DNA from: Nemertoderma westbladi
Lineage: Eukaryota; Animalia; Xenacoelomorpha
DNA length: 64,000 bases
Reading direction: 5' to 3'
Assembly: GCA_032718475.1 (NCBI GenBank)
Contig: JAUCBJ010008499.1
Span: forward strand, 62,001 to 126,000
Position numbers and translations under genes: made by a program
Notes under the pieces: generated by a model
What the model saw: only the letters and a program-made list of their open reading frames with translations
Databases searched by the model: none
Told to the model about the DNA's origin: nothing
In this document: in pieces, positions 50,201 through 61,023 of the stretch
How the letters are laid out: each line of letters begins with the position of its first letter
Position numbering within the stretch: the stretch's first letter is position 1

Positions 50201-52578
50201 TTTAGTTCCGCAGGGTTGTTAAGTCTGGTCCTTTCCCGGTGGTTCCAACTTACCTGCTCCGCGTCGGTCCTTCTTTCCTTATAGTTTCGGGACTTCTGAC
50301 GTCTCATTTCTTCCTCTTCATCGCTCGACTCGGTGTCAGTCCTTAACGCTCGCGATGGTTTGCGCGCCGAGGCCCTGATCCAAGCCTCCTCTATAAATTT
50401 CTCGGCTGAGTTTTCGAAGTTGGGATTAGAGATGTTCGGGACAGGCGTCCTTACCTGAGGTCTATGTGGTATAGTTTCCTCCGATATGCGTACTCGTTGA
50501 CTAGGCTGGACTTTGTCTAACTCAGGTCTGCTAGGATTAGAATTACTTCTTACCTGGGCTGCTTCCTTTAACCGTAGGTTGCTAAGCATGTCCGTTATAG
50601 GTTGGATGTGTGGCGATATAGCTTGCGCTAAACTAGCACTCAACTCATCCCTCGTAATAAATTCCTGGCTAGGGTTCTGTTGTATAGTCGGCTCTATCTG
50701 AGTAATCCGCTGTCTCTCATATGATCCCTCTTCCGGTTTAACCCGGAAGTTCTCCGTCGAACTGGGTCGGCGCTCCGTCCGCGTATTCCAAACCCGCGGG
50801 TTCGGTTCGCCAAGTACTCGTCCCGTCGGAGTTTCTCTAAACTCTTCATTCTCTCGTTCGGTGTATAGTGGTGCGGTGTTCCGATGACGTAGATCCTGCG
50901 CGATAGGTGAAGCACTAATACCAACTGGCGTGCGATATGTAGAAAACGGTTTAGCAATCCGTGTACTCGTAATAGCTGGACCGGGTATAGGAATTCTGGT
51001 CGTCGTCGACTCGCGTATGGTCGGAGTTCTCGCTTCCTGTTCGGCCTTCTGCAGTGCGAACAGTTCTCGCAACTCAGTCCCTACACTCGCCCCACATTCT
51101 TCGATCATTCGCATCCCCTTCTCGGCGATTTCATTCGCCTTCCTAGTCCGTTCTTCGCTCTCTAAACTTAATCTCGCACTTTCCAACTGCGCCAGTTTAC
51201 GTTCTTCTTCTTCCCTCACTCGTCTCGCTGCGCCCTCTTCTTCTACACGCGCCCTTTCTTCATACAACGCTTGTCGCTCCTTTTCGATCTCGAGTTCGCG
51301 TTCCTTACGTTCGCGTTCAAGTTCGAGTTCGCGTTCCTTCTGCTCGCGTTCAAGTTCGAGTTCGCGTTCCTTGCGTTCGCGTTCAAGTTGAAGTTCACGT
51401 TCCTTCTGCTCGCGTTCCGCTCGCTCACGCTTACCTTTATCTTCCAGTTCGCGCAACTTCGCGTCTAACTTACGTGTTCGTTCCCGTTCCCGCTCGGCTT
51501 CCTTCCGTGCTTCCGATGCACGCAAAACTTCCGCCTGCTGTTCGTCCAGTCGGTATCTTCTCTCCTCCGCCGAGTTGTGCGAAACAAGGGATCTAGCACA
51601 TATTACCTTACCTCGCGCGTGACTAACCTGGGAATCGCCGCTGTCTCTAGATGCGTCATCAGGTGGAGTCAACGTCCTCTGTTGGATGTTCTCCGTGGTT
51701 GGTAGCACCTGACCCGGTACCACCACTCCATTCTGCATCAACCAGCTAGTAACTTCCCTTTGATAACGGCGCTCCTCTTTATCTTGGATCTCTTCTCGCT
51801 CCACTAAGTCTCTTAACTTTGCGTCACTCACCTGAGTCGCCTGCATTTGTGATGCCCATAGCAGCCAGTTCTCCGTCCTAACTCGTCGGAATCGCTCCGA
51901 TAACTCGCGGTGCTCCAACAAGGCTGCTAAAACCCTGTCGTAAATCCTCGTTGCTACGTCGCTCGACTGAGACTCTACTGCCTTCTTCGCTAGGACTGCA
52001 AGCTCCTCCGTCTGCTTGAATAACGCTGAGTTATATCCTCTTCTAATCTCTGCTAACTCTACCCTCCCGATGTTCGCTGAGTCAGCTAACATTTTCCTTA
52101 CCTTGTCCGCCGTCCGGGTTATATGTCCGGCATGCGCGCGAAGTTTCTTCTTCATCGCAGTGTCGAACTCTCTATCACTTACCTGACTTACGCTCGGTGG
52201 ACTTGAAGGATTATTTCGGGAACTACGGGTACTCCTTACAGCCGCTGGGACCACGGCACTTACCATACCCACAGGTCTGGAAACCGGGCTCCGGGCTCTC
52301 GCTTCTGCTACACTACCCTCCTTATCACTCACCTCTGGTCGGGTTGCTGTACAATCCTTCCTTACAGTAGCGGTAGGGGATCCTAATACTATTACTTGAG
52401 GTTGTTGTTCTTCCTCACTAGTCACTGTCTCGTCCTCCTGTTCACTTACGTCAGCGTCGCTCGCTGCGTCGTCATAGTCGGCATTGTCGTCAACAGTAAT
52501 ATTGACGCTATCGTCAGTCGGCGGTCCAGCCGCCGTCTCGTAGCTGTCCTCTAGTGCCTCTTTGTCTGAGACACTCAT
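44284..52578 (-). CDS. BEL/Pao Gag-Pol polyprotein, 2764 aa
   Basis: Gag (PQKFMGNHKHWRTF) with BEL-type triple Cys/His cluster (CWACLAPGHVRRQC..CMECGRLHHKLLH); protease MLDTAS; RT YLPHH..YMDD; RNase H HMFSDAS; integrase H-H-C-C, GVDCFGP, SDKGTNF, WERLVRSVK. Confidence 0.97.
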   Translation of the reverse strand: MSVSDKEALEDSYETAAGPPTDDSVNITVDDNADYDDAASDADVSEQEDETVTSEEEQQPQVIVLGSPTATVRKDCTATRPEVSDKEGSVAEARARSPVSRPVGMVSAVVPAAVRSTRSSRNNPSSPPSVSQVSDREFDTAMKKKLRAHAGHITRTADKVRKMLADSANIGRVELAEIRRGYNSALFKQTEELAVLAKKAVESQSSDVATRIYDRVLAALLEHRELSERFRRVRTENWLLWASQMQATQVSDAKLRDLVEREEIQDKEERRYQREVTSWLMQNGVVVPGQVLPTTENIQQRTLTPPDDASRDSGDSQVSHARGKVICARSLVSHNSAEERRYRLDEQQAEVLRASEARKEAERERERTRKLDAKLRELEDKGKRERAEREQKERELQLERERKERELELEREQKERELELERERKERELEIEKERQALYEERARVEEEGAARRVREEEERKLAQLESARLSLESEERTRKANEIAEKGMRMIEECGASVGTELRELFALQKAEQEARTPTIRESTTTRIPIPGPAITSTRIAKPFSTYRTPVGISASPIAQDLRHRNTAPLYTERENEEFRETPTGRVLGEPNPRVWNTRTERRPSSTENFRVKPEEGSYERQRITQIEPTIQQNPSQEFITRDELSASLAQAISPHIQPITDMLSNLRLKEAAQVRSNSNPSRPELDKVQPSQRVRISEETIPHRPQVRTPVPNISNPNFENSAEKFIEEAWIRASARKPSRALRTDTESSDEEEEMRRQKSRNYKERRTDAEQVSWNHRERTRLNNPAELNHLLTRNDATLRDIGKFAARQGLPTQQPQKFMGNHKHWRTFKTYVDEQLTNSTFTPNEKFNYLLQMLHREPRAIADNFVGNERAFELAMKTLSDIYGNKTKMAQSIVEDLGKGGRITTPLELLNLANAISNALDILRTVNLPHHGDHAEVLKSVIRRLNMRYRQKWRKLENKLEGQGKVLTLQHIHDMIATDAVAEMKSNFSEENMRESKPVTGKSMVSFDDDRTTVTFNSVDRYNSNTPAFRSDSRVWSGERLDRPRLKQQELPDGFVGCQYCLLKEVRSDDHKLDSCRRFKELNSEQRRVQVRTLDTCWACLAPGHVRRQCPNSKDGCMECGRLHHKLLHADFHTPTDRYLQRNPHRKGSKEPVSIRRNTYTGIQDDGYQPGSSDEDGESSAREVTCQGFTADSSSTSARTYLSSATSEIFSVIPVKLTGDKGSKRIYVMLDTASTLSYIDEEVARAVSSFQDAEEIQIELKSMHEVGDLKGHRISVELDSLLPRDQHTRQERKALPLDGFKCLAMKGFGRQLGKVPPMSPIAQEYFDKLRIPRHQVGYRNVSMLIGAEQLIAHQIWETRPAEPHVNGPHAHRTILGWYTRVPMSYEFTGGDKPMDRYDELQPITQPPLVEPPDIDEFRRTCIDHYSDFSESDEELIPDNVRLSEPLHNDRTDSEPEDYCYQTRGSGSAAHATYLTNVLTYTDIVEGQVAKYRDLDIFQYSEEELQKELIRQDLETGARTVEWLDRDAMEPGGYDLAMSTDEKRSLEMMEDTIRLLPTGHFEVGMLWRRQPPKLENNYSLALKRLNGVRARLLRNPDIREKYCAQINNYFAKGFAGKVEDPDLVTDQTYYLPHHYVTHPDKPDKVRVVNDCAAVYRGMSLNSELMDGPNLNNYLIGILLRFRQRRFAFTCDIEAMFHQVRACKADQDSLRFLWYENEDLSGPVVTYQMYVRIFGARDSPNGTLFVLKKTATAQIGKYPVEVIESILRNFYMDDGLVSKDTAEQAIEVAHGLQECLATGGFPLTKFTTNSEALLESFPVKDRGSGDIELGVEPIPMARVLGLAWNPNSDKFQVRVRFEPSSPDKVLTKRICLSTLSRLFDPMNFISPVILQARACMRKIWLSDVEWDEPISPIHAKQWREWEAELHLLKNIDVPRSYFPNQLVFPADLELHMFSDASDTGFGMVAYLRREVSQDKFETAFVTSRSKTMPVKYMTVPRAELQAAVVSVEVSKQITEELDTTLTLFYWTDASLVLVYIAADNIALKTFVANRRAQIVDFSTKEQWRHCPGVLNPADITSRGAMPAEFCQEESQEFWLHGPDFLTRAQEHWPERLRIVTNPMPEDAEVKVEKVSKSKSKAKLKSLERPEESLERPEESLERPGDLSDQQTYVTTRSGRVSYDIKPPLQTKPESQLVSDGQKMTDKMESLVSKPAGLDSKLPLVSGQPSLALESCSVYDKLLNSSASWLTICKRTAWLSRYVSYLCLKHSKHLREPSNANSERIRKLKQPLTEDEIDQAELKHLKHYQMCAFPKEFHLLSAQRPVLYKPLRKWSPLIHKGLICHRSRIQTVDINSQFRFPVIIPSHPIELQRAILWDIHKRLHHAGKLHCLSAARQRFILLQPSRAVGTMYDACLVCKRVNARVLEQEMAELPEARVQAYDPPFTNTGVDCFGPIEAKSGRLTHKRWGLLLTCMASRAIHIERVADMSTKSLLLALKRFMARRGLVKAFYSDKGTNFVGGNSELNAAHKAAQNKEISAALLPQRVEWRFNTPESPWRGGSWERLVRSVKQAIAKTLPVNKQLTDDELVTAFIEIEHTLNSRPIAMLPDGVALTPNHLLMQSPAFLVPASEPISADLYSRKSWKVTQFVAYTFWEYWREYYLPTISTRTKWYKTVRSLQRGDYVLITEPIVKRKYWETGVILHTHPDVQNIVRTVTVKIRCKCPHPKKCKTNGLHTLDRPVQDIVLLEETRIETGDYNLSPASKQS

Positions 52579-53767
52579 AGTCTAAATAATGTTTGCCTTC
52601 CGGCAAAAATATCTCGCAAAAGTTCGAGATATTATTATAATTTAACCGAAATACGGTCAAATTATTTGTCAAATAATCAGTTGGTCCAAAATGTCAAATA
52701 AATTCGCAATGCAATATTGTGAATTTAATGGGGTATATAGTTATAGCAAATACTAACACAATATTTAAACAAAAATATTATTATATAGCTACTATATAGC
52801 ATTAAATACCGGTATAGCACAAAATAACTCTGAATCTAATACAAAATATTCAAAATATACTTGCCACCCGAATATTTCTAATTTTATATATATATAGCTC
52901 TAATCAACGTAATTTTAATTTCAAATATTATATGTATCCACTAGCGCGTGGCTACATCTTCGGGTTGCGACTCTCTCTAACTCTCTCTCTAACTTGAGCG
53001 ATTCAAAAAACCATGGCCGGCTAAACCTAAATATCCTAACTAATAAATTGAGTTCAGCTTCGCAGTTAAACAACCGATAATTTTTTACTGCTTCCACAAA
53101 CACACTGGTGCCAACAGAACAACTAACCTTGTTTGCTGTGAGATTCCACGTCCGCGTCCAAAGATTCAGGCTCTCCGCTGATTGCAAACCGAACCCGCAG
53201 ACCCACACGAACCCCAAACTCAGAAGTTCCGTCTTGCCATGTATCTCCAGATGGTATAAAATAACTAAGCGGTTACCTAACATACCGGTACAAAAACTCT
53301 AGAATTTTACAAAATAATTTTGACCGAAACTGAATTCTCGCAAACCTAGCTAAAATTTCAAAAAACTTACTAATTACAATTTGCCCTAAGGCCTAAGGAA
53401 CTGCTGTATTCGCAATTAGCAAAACGCACTACCGTACATCCACCGTATGCAGTACAGTAAGTAAAACAGTACACCAACCTAACAGCCTAATGATACTGTA
53501 TATGTGGTACGGCAAAACAAATGTCCCTTCTACCGTACGCAGTAACAGCAATCAGCCTAATGTACTACTGTACTATTGTACGCAGCCAGTGAATACAGTA
53601 ATCTAAACTAACAACCTAAAGGAATATGCTCAATGTCTTACCGTACGCTAGCCTATAGCCTACAGCAGACGATCACGTGCTCTAATTTATTGCCTAATAC
53701 TATGATACTACTAATCAGCCTAAGAATACACTATCGACTGCTGCAAGCAACAGCCAATAAATGCACG

Positions 53768-55989
53768 TGTTACTGATAAACAACCGCGACCTCTATACTA
53801 ACAGCAGAACCGTTGAACAGACAAATACCCGTATACCTCTCTGCCAACCTAATGACTGTAATGAGCTCTCGCCTAACCAATAACAGAATAAGACACAAAG
53901 ACTGCTCTACTGTTAAGTAAAGGGGATCAGGAGCGTGATATTACTAAATTGTAAGGGTTGCTAAATACAAAACCGCTACTTATCGTTAGATGGCGCTAAT
54001 CTGCCGTACGCTAATATATTTACTAAATTTACACAACTCCTGCAAAATCGCTTGTTCCTTTCTCTACCGATCGCTCGATAGAGAGCTAACTGTTCGAATC
54101 TATGAGCCACGCGGGAATAACCAAAACAATAAACCCGAGTCGGCTCCCTAAGCTTACTTAAGACGAGTGCGAGAGGCCTTGCACTCAGAGTATTCTTACG
54201 CCTAATTTTATCACTATTAAAGCACGCTATTACCTACGTCTTTCTAATCGCGAATACTGGAGGTTCCCTAACGTAATGTGTGAATGCGAGAATATTTAAA
54301 TATCAAAACGGTACAGTATCTGTTCCTACGTAAATAACATCACTCCGGGTCTAAAATCGCCTGCAGCTGGCTTTAGACCAGCAAATTACTAGCGTATCGT
54401 GCGTACCGAACAGTACAATCTAGCTGATTGCCCGCTAATGCAAATAACCGCTCAGCGTGAATAGTTTACAGTACTCTAATTATTACTTTAGCTACTCTCC
54501 GCTATGCTGCGTACTAATTCTTAATTTTTACTAATTAATTACAGTCACAAATATTTAACAGCGTACTAATTACTAAGAGTTCCAGAATACGTAATTCTAA
54601 TTTATTACGCAACAAGTTTCGCTAGTAATAGCCTAAATTTGCCGTATTACTTTGACCTAATCAGTAACCAATTATTGTAACTAAGAAATAGAAATCAATC
54701 AAAGAAAAAGGGGGCGCCTACCTAAACATTCATAATCATAGGCACACTTCAATAACACACCAATCAGCGTCAGAAATTACAGTTCGCAATTATGCAGTTA
54801 ACTACTGTATAGTCCACAATTATGCGACTCACTATTCGTACTCTACATTTAACGTTATACGCTCTAATACGCTGTAATACGTGCAGGCCTCTCCCGGGTA
54901 CATATGGGACTCCTAACTAACCTGATTCCTGCTCCCTAATACTAAATAGAGACGAAACCTGGATCATCAGCCCCCTAATTACTGTACCGGCGATAGGTCT
55001 GCCCGTTGCACGCAAGTTGCCCGACCGCAACGTTGACCCCCGCCAGCGTTGCCTGCCTTTGAATCCTCTGCTCTCCCTTAGTCGCTCAACCCCCCGATGT
55101 GCCCACCGCCCACTGGCGCCTTAGCCCTCCATTATGCTAATAGCTACCGTAGCGGCGCATGCAAATCACAAAGTCTGACAGTCTCAGGAATCCCTTAGGA
55201 TTATTGCGCAGAAAAGAATCACATAGAACCATTAATCAAAAGGTAGAAATCATAGTTCAGTTGTAATTAGCAGTAATCGACAGGAATTAATTGAGAAACA
55301 CAAGCAAGAGTAATCGCACTAGCAAATCATTCCAAGAAATTAATCAAATTAGCAAATTGCAGAAAATTACAAGTATCAAGAAAAACAGTAAGACAGGTGC
55401 TAGGGCTAGGTGTCATGTGATGATGAGGCTCTACCGGCACACCGCCAATTTATAGGTGATCCGGATGGGGTGATGCAATAGGGTGACTCAATCGCTTTCT
55501 TATTGGCTCTCCAGTCCGTGCTAGCACTAGACCAACCTGGAAGCAGCTAGTCCAATAAGGAGGCCGGATTGTAGCCCTATTTGCTCCCCTTCCTCGAATT
55601 ATTACCATATATGGTAATGGTTCACGTCTCTGGCTGCTGAATGGCCAGGACAGCGTCCCTATATGCTAGCCCTACTAAAGCTAATATCAGCAAGCACGGA
55701 ATCCAGGGTCCGAATAAACTTACCCTGGAACTATCTACATATAACCTAATACAAAATTACGTAGGTAGGGCTACATACTATACAAAATGGATGGATTCAA
55801 ATATATGGGTGTTTCGATTTCCCTATCTAAATACCACTGCGTTATTATGCCTTATCTAAAATATCATGCTGCACAACGGACTAATATTACATACAGTATA
55901 ACGGACTAATATTGCATACTGCATAACGGACTAATATTGCATACTGCATGATGACTAATATTATGGATACAGCGCCATATACCGTAACA
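53768..55989 (-). repeat. 5' LTR (~2.2 kb) with TGTTAC...GTAACA termini
   Basis: Direct repeat of 36922-39117 with a 6-bp terminal inverted repeat. Confidence 0.93.
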
Positions 55990-57920
55990 GAGCGATATAC
56001 TCTACCTTTACAAGCGTTTGTTGATAGCTTGATACGCGGCTACGTTGGTCCAACTACTACGGAGGACGATGGTCGTTATATCTAACCGCCAATGTCCCGG
56101 AAGCAACTTGCGCGTGGGTTGGACTGTAGAAAGTTCACCGCTCGCTATACGCATCGTAATGGTATGTATATGGACTTCTTAACTACTGGTCATCCTATCG
56201 ACCTACACGATACGAACGATATAGACACCAAAAGGGAAATGGTTTTATTTAAATATCATACCCAGCGGAAGCGGAACGATAAACTGAGACTCGAACACGA
56301 AAATTCTATTCGAAACCGACTCGAAAGTGAAGATGTTGAAGAGCCGGATAAACGCAGCGACCTCATCAAAATATCTGGAATTCTTGAGAGAAACATATCT
56401 CAATATTACCAGTCAACAGAATCTAGAAACTCGATATCCTCCAAGTATACATCATGACCGCATGGTAGAACTCAAACGGCTCTATTCCACTATGATGTAT
56501 CTTACCGCTGATCGACCGCTGCCTGTTGCACCGGATAGCTTCGAACGGATGGAGGAGTATTGTGAACTGGAGAAAGATCACTCGAGTTTCCCCTACAAGA
56601 CGTGCGTCTTTGGTGTTGGTGCGATGGATGCCCTAGACCCAACCAACAAATGGAAAGACCTAAACATCCGTGGAGACGTTGTATTAAACACGGTTTTACT
56701 CGCTATACTTACGGGAGTTTCGAGCGAAATTTGTTTGACGTATCACCTACGCTCGTTCGACTCAGACGATCCTTAAATAAACCAATGATCAGAGTTTCGG
56801 AATACTCGATCAGACCTCCTCATTCCCTAGTGAGACCTCAGACTCTTGATCCTATTAGTATGATGGATCCTCCCGAGCTGTACTCACTGCTCAAAGATCT
56901 AGTGTTACCTGAACAATTAGTCGGTGGCACCCGGTTGTGGGCTTCCTAGATATTAGCCCATCCTACCTAGCCGGATTGGGACGCGGACATTTAATATCGC
57001 CGTTTAACCCTTACCATCGTCCCGGCTTAACACGATATAACCTGTCACCAAAGTGGCGGAGAACGTTGTACCAAACGAGTTAAACGCTATTCTACAAGGA
57101 TCAGAAGGGAAACCTGCGTTTGTTCAGATAAGCGTGAGTTGTAACAGCAAGTCCAGGCGATAAACGAATTGTCTTTATCTCAGTTCGATTGTGAAATCCA
57201 GAATCTCTAAGAAGATATCGAACTTAGACAACCCCATTCTCTGCGAGAGTTTTTGGATGAACGTATCCAGCTGCGAGCGGAGGAGGATCAGCTCGAGGAG
57301 AAGCATATTGAAACGGCGGATACCCCGACCATAATCCTACACCTTCTGATGCAATCATATTGCACCCTTCACCCAGGATTTATAGCCCTCCTAGTAAAGT
57401 GGCTCGCCCCAAAGAGAAAAGGACTCTTGCTAGCCTCAAAAAACTGCGTAAACGCCGTCTGCGTAAGAAAGGCTAACTGTTTAGAGTATCTTTATATTTT
57501 AGAAACTGTGATTTGTTATATTTTATAGACTTAAATCCCATTTTCTGGGAGCGGTGTAAAAGCTTTTGCGTAATTAGCCGGTTATTTTCCCCGTAAAGTA
57601 CTCTGTGGTTGGTTTACCAGGCATAAAAAGGCCGTGTCCTTACTGTACGGGTGTTTTAGAGGACATAAAAGTCATTTCTTCTGTATTTGTACTTTAGAGG
57701 ACATAATCCGCAATCTCGTGACGCAATAAGCTGGATCCTCTTGAAAACAGTGTCGCTACCATGACGACGGCTAACAGCTGATATTGCCACGTCGAACATT
57801 TCTTTGTTCTTTGTTCTCTCTTTGTACGGTCGACCAATCAGAGCGTTTTTTGGACTCTGTGCTGGAGGTTGGATACAGAAACTCATGAATTCAGTGTTAT
57901 GTCTTTGCCCAGAGCCTAAT
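55990..57920 (+). mobile_element. Probable 3' remnant of an older, oppositely oriented LTR element: decayed ORF, PPT-like motif and start of an LTR at 57555
   Basis: Broken coding-like frames ending ..LKKLRKRRLRKKG*; GGAGCGG|TGT at 57548-57557 matches the PPT/LTR junction of the BEL element. Confidence 0.55.
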
Positions 57921-60900
57921 AACTATGACGTTTTAATTACTTTAGATCAATTAAAGACACAATTAATAAAGCAAATCACTTGAACTAATTAAAAACTATA
58001 ATAGAATGGCGTATGTGGATTACATCTGTATAATTTTTAAGTATAATTATTTAAATCTTATACTGTAAAACAATTAATTTCCTTTAAAAGGCAGGTTGAA
58101 AATGGTGTTTTTACCGTAATCAACTTAATTAACTAATTAACTGCTATTATCTTAGCTTCTCGAAGGCCACACGGAAATTCTACTTGGAAAATTTCTAAAC
58201 TTTTGCCAAACAACATGTGTACCAAGTTTGGATAGATTTCATCAAAGATTGGCTGAGTTATTAACGTTTAAAATTGGACGCGACAGAACGATAGAACGAC
58301 AGAACGACACGTTCGTGGGGCCTTCGCGCAGCACGAGGCCCAGTTATTAGATACAAATTAAAATTGAGCGACTGTATCACAAAATCAGGTTTTGAGAAAT
58401 TTACCCACACCACCAATCAATCAAAGAAAGGGGGACAGTACGTGTTCACCCCCTTTAATCCCCCCCCCCCCCCCCCCCCCAACCTTCCCAACCACCAATA
58501 CATAACCGGGACATCTACCACCCACGGAAGGGTAGCACGAACTTATTTCCAATCGCACGTTAAATATGCAAAGCCAGGTGGTTTATAGGAATATAATAAA
58601 CGCAGTACTCGTTTTCATTATAAGCCTCTTTGCGTTCGTCCTGTTTTGTATTTAAATATATTTCTTAAACGCAGGCTGACGATATTTATAATAATAATAA
58701 CTAGGGATGCGATCAATATGTGAAGCCAGGTGGTTTATATAATAATTTAGTCAACGAGGTACTCGTCTTCATTATATGCCTCGTTGCGCTCGTCGCTTGT
58801 CCTGTTTTGTCATAAAATATTTTTCCTAAACGCAGACTGACGATCTTTATACAGTTATAACTATGCGAAGTTTCGAAACTGTGCGATACATCTATGTGGA
58901 GATGTGTGATATGTGGAGATGTGTGATACAACGCCAACGCATCTTATGCCGATGTAGTAATATGGGTATTGAAATAATATTAAATCAATGTACACTCTTA
59001 AAGCTGCAGCGAAAAAATGTAGCTAATTTCCTAGGTTACATATAAAATAATAATATTATTTTTAAGAACATTAATTTTACTACTTTGCAAAAATTCAATT
59101 AAAAAATAACCAGACATATACATTGTGGAATAAACTATTTCAGATAAGCCTACACAACAGCCATGCCATGGATGGTATTTATGTTATTATATCTGTCATT
59201 TACCTGAGATAGCAATACAACACTTATAGTAGAGTCAATACAGGAAGGATGTTGGGATGTTGGAATGCTGCCTGGGCTGGAATAGCAATACTGGTTGCCT
59301 ATTACAATTTCTCTCTGGTTAGTCTACAGCCACAACTCCAAGCTAGCTCCACACCAGCAGAGACATGACCAATAATCATTCCCAGCAACTAGCTGCTGCC
59401 TTACACACACATCCTTCCATCTTACCAGCATGTTAGCCAATAAATGAGCAGTATTTAATGAGAATCAATTTTTTATGACGTTTTAATTACTTTAGATCAA
59501 TTAAAGACACAATTAATAAAGCAAATCACTTGAACTAATTAAAAACTATAATAGAATGGGGTATGTGGATTACATCTGTATAATTTTTAATTATAATTAT
59601 TTAAATCTTATACTGTAAAACAATTAATTTCCTTTAAAAGGCAGGTTGAAAATGGTGTTTTTACCGTAATAACTTAATTAACTAATTAACTGCTATTATC
59701 TTAGCTTCTCGAAGGCCACAAGGAAATTCTACTTGGAAAATTTCTAAACTTTTGCCAAACAACATGTGTACCAAGTTTGGATAGATTTCATCAAAGATTG
59801 GCCGAGTTATTAACGTTTAAAATTGAACACTGCAAAAAAAGCGACAGAACGACAGGTTGATTAATGGTACCACTACGCTAAGGCTCACTCACTTCGTGGC
59901 TCGCCCCACAGAACGACAGGTTGATTAATGGTACCACTACGCTAAGGCTCACTCACTTCGTGGCTCGACCCACAAGATTCACGATGGTATACAATATGAG
60001 TTAGTCATAAATATCATACGCGCAGAAGTTGAATAGTTCTGATAAAAATATAAGATTTCGATATACAGTTAGCGTGTGCAGCAAAAGAACACGTTCGTGG
60101 GGCCTTCGCGCAGCACGAGGCCCAGTTATGAGATACAAATTAAAATTGAGCGACTGTATCACAAAATCAGGTTTTGAGAAATTTACCCACACCACCAATC
60201 AATCAAAGAAAGGGGGACAGTACGTGTTCACCCCTTTTAATCCCCCCCCCCCCCACCCTTCCCAACCACCAATACATAACCGCGACATCTACCACCCACG
60301 GAAGGGTAGCACGAACTTATTTCCAATCGCACGTTCAATATGCAAAGCCAGGTGGTTTATAGGAATATAATAAACGCAGTACTCGTATTCATTATAAGCC
60401 TCGTTGCGTTCGTCCTGTTTTGTATTTAAATATATTTCGTAAACGCAGGCTAGGACGTTCTTTATAATAATAATAACTAGGGATGCGATCAATATGTGAA
60501 GCCAGGTGGTTTATATAATAATTTAGTCAACGCAGTACTCGTCTTCATTATATGCCTCGTTGCGCTCGTCGCTTGTCCTGTTTTGTTATAAAATATTTTT
60601 CCTAAACGCAGACTGACGATCTTTATACAGTTATAACTATGCGAAGTTTCGAAACTGTGCGAGTAACTGTTGATACATCTATGTGGATATGTGTGATATG
60701 TGGAGATGTGTGATACAACGCCAACGCATCTTATGCCGATGTAGTAATATGGGTATTGAAATAATATTAAATTAATGTACACTCTTAAAGCTGCAGCGAA
60801 AAAATGTAGCTAATTTCCTAGGTTACATATAAAATAATAATATTATTTTTAAGAACATTAATTTTACTACTTTGCAAAAATTCAATTAAAAAATAACCAG

Positions 60901-61023
60901 ACATATACATTGTGGAATAAACTATTTCAGAAGCCTACACAACAGCCATGCCATGGATAGTATTTATGTTATAATATCTGTCATTCACCTGAGATAGCAA
61001 TACAACATTTATAGTGAATTTAA

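Larger units (their letters stand above)
36922..55989 (-). mobile_element. BEL/Pao LTR retrotransposon, ~19 kb, with ~2.2-kb LTRs, intact gag-pol and a second large ORF
   Basis: Paired direct repeats, BEL domain order PR-RT-RH-IN, and a purine-rich GGAGCGG directly before the 3' LTR. Confidence 0.95.
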
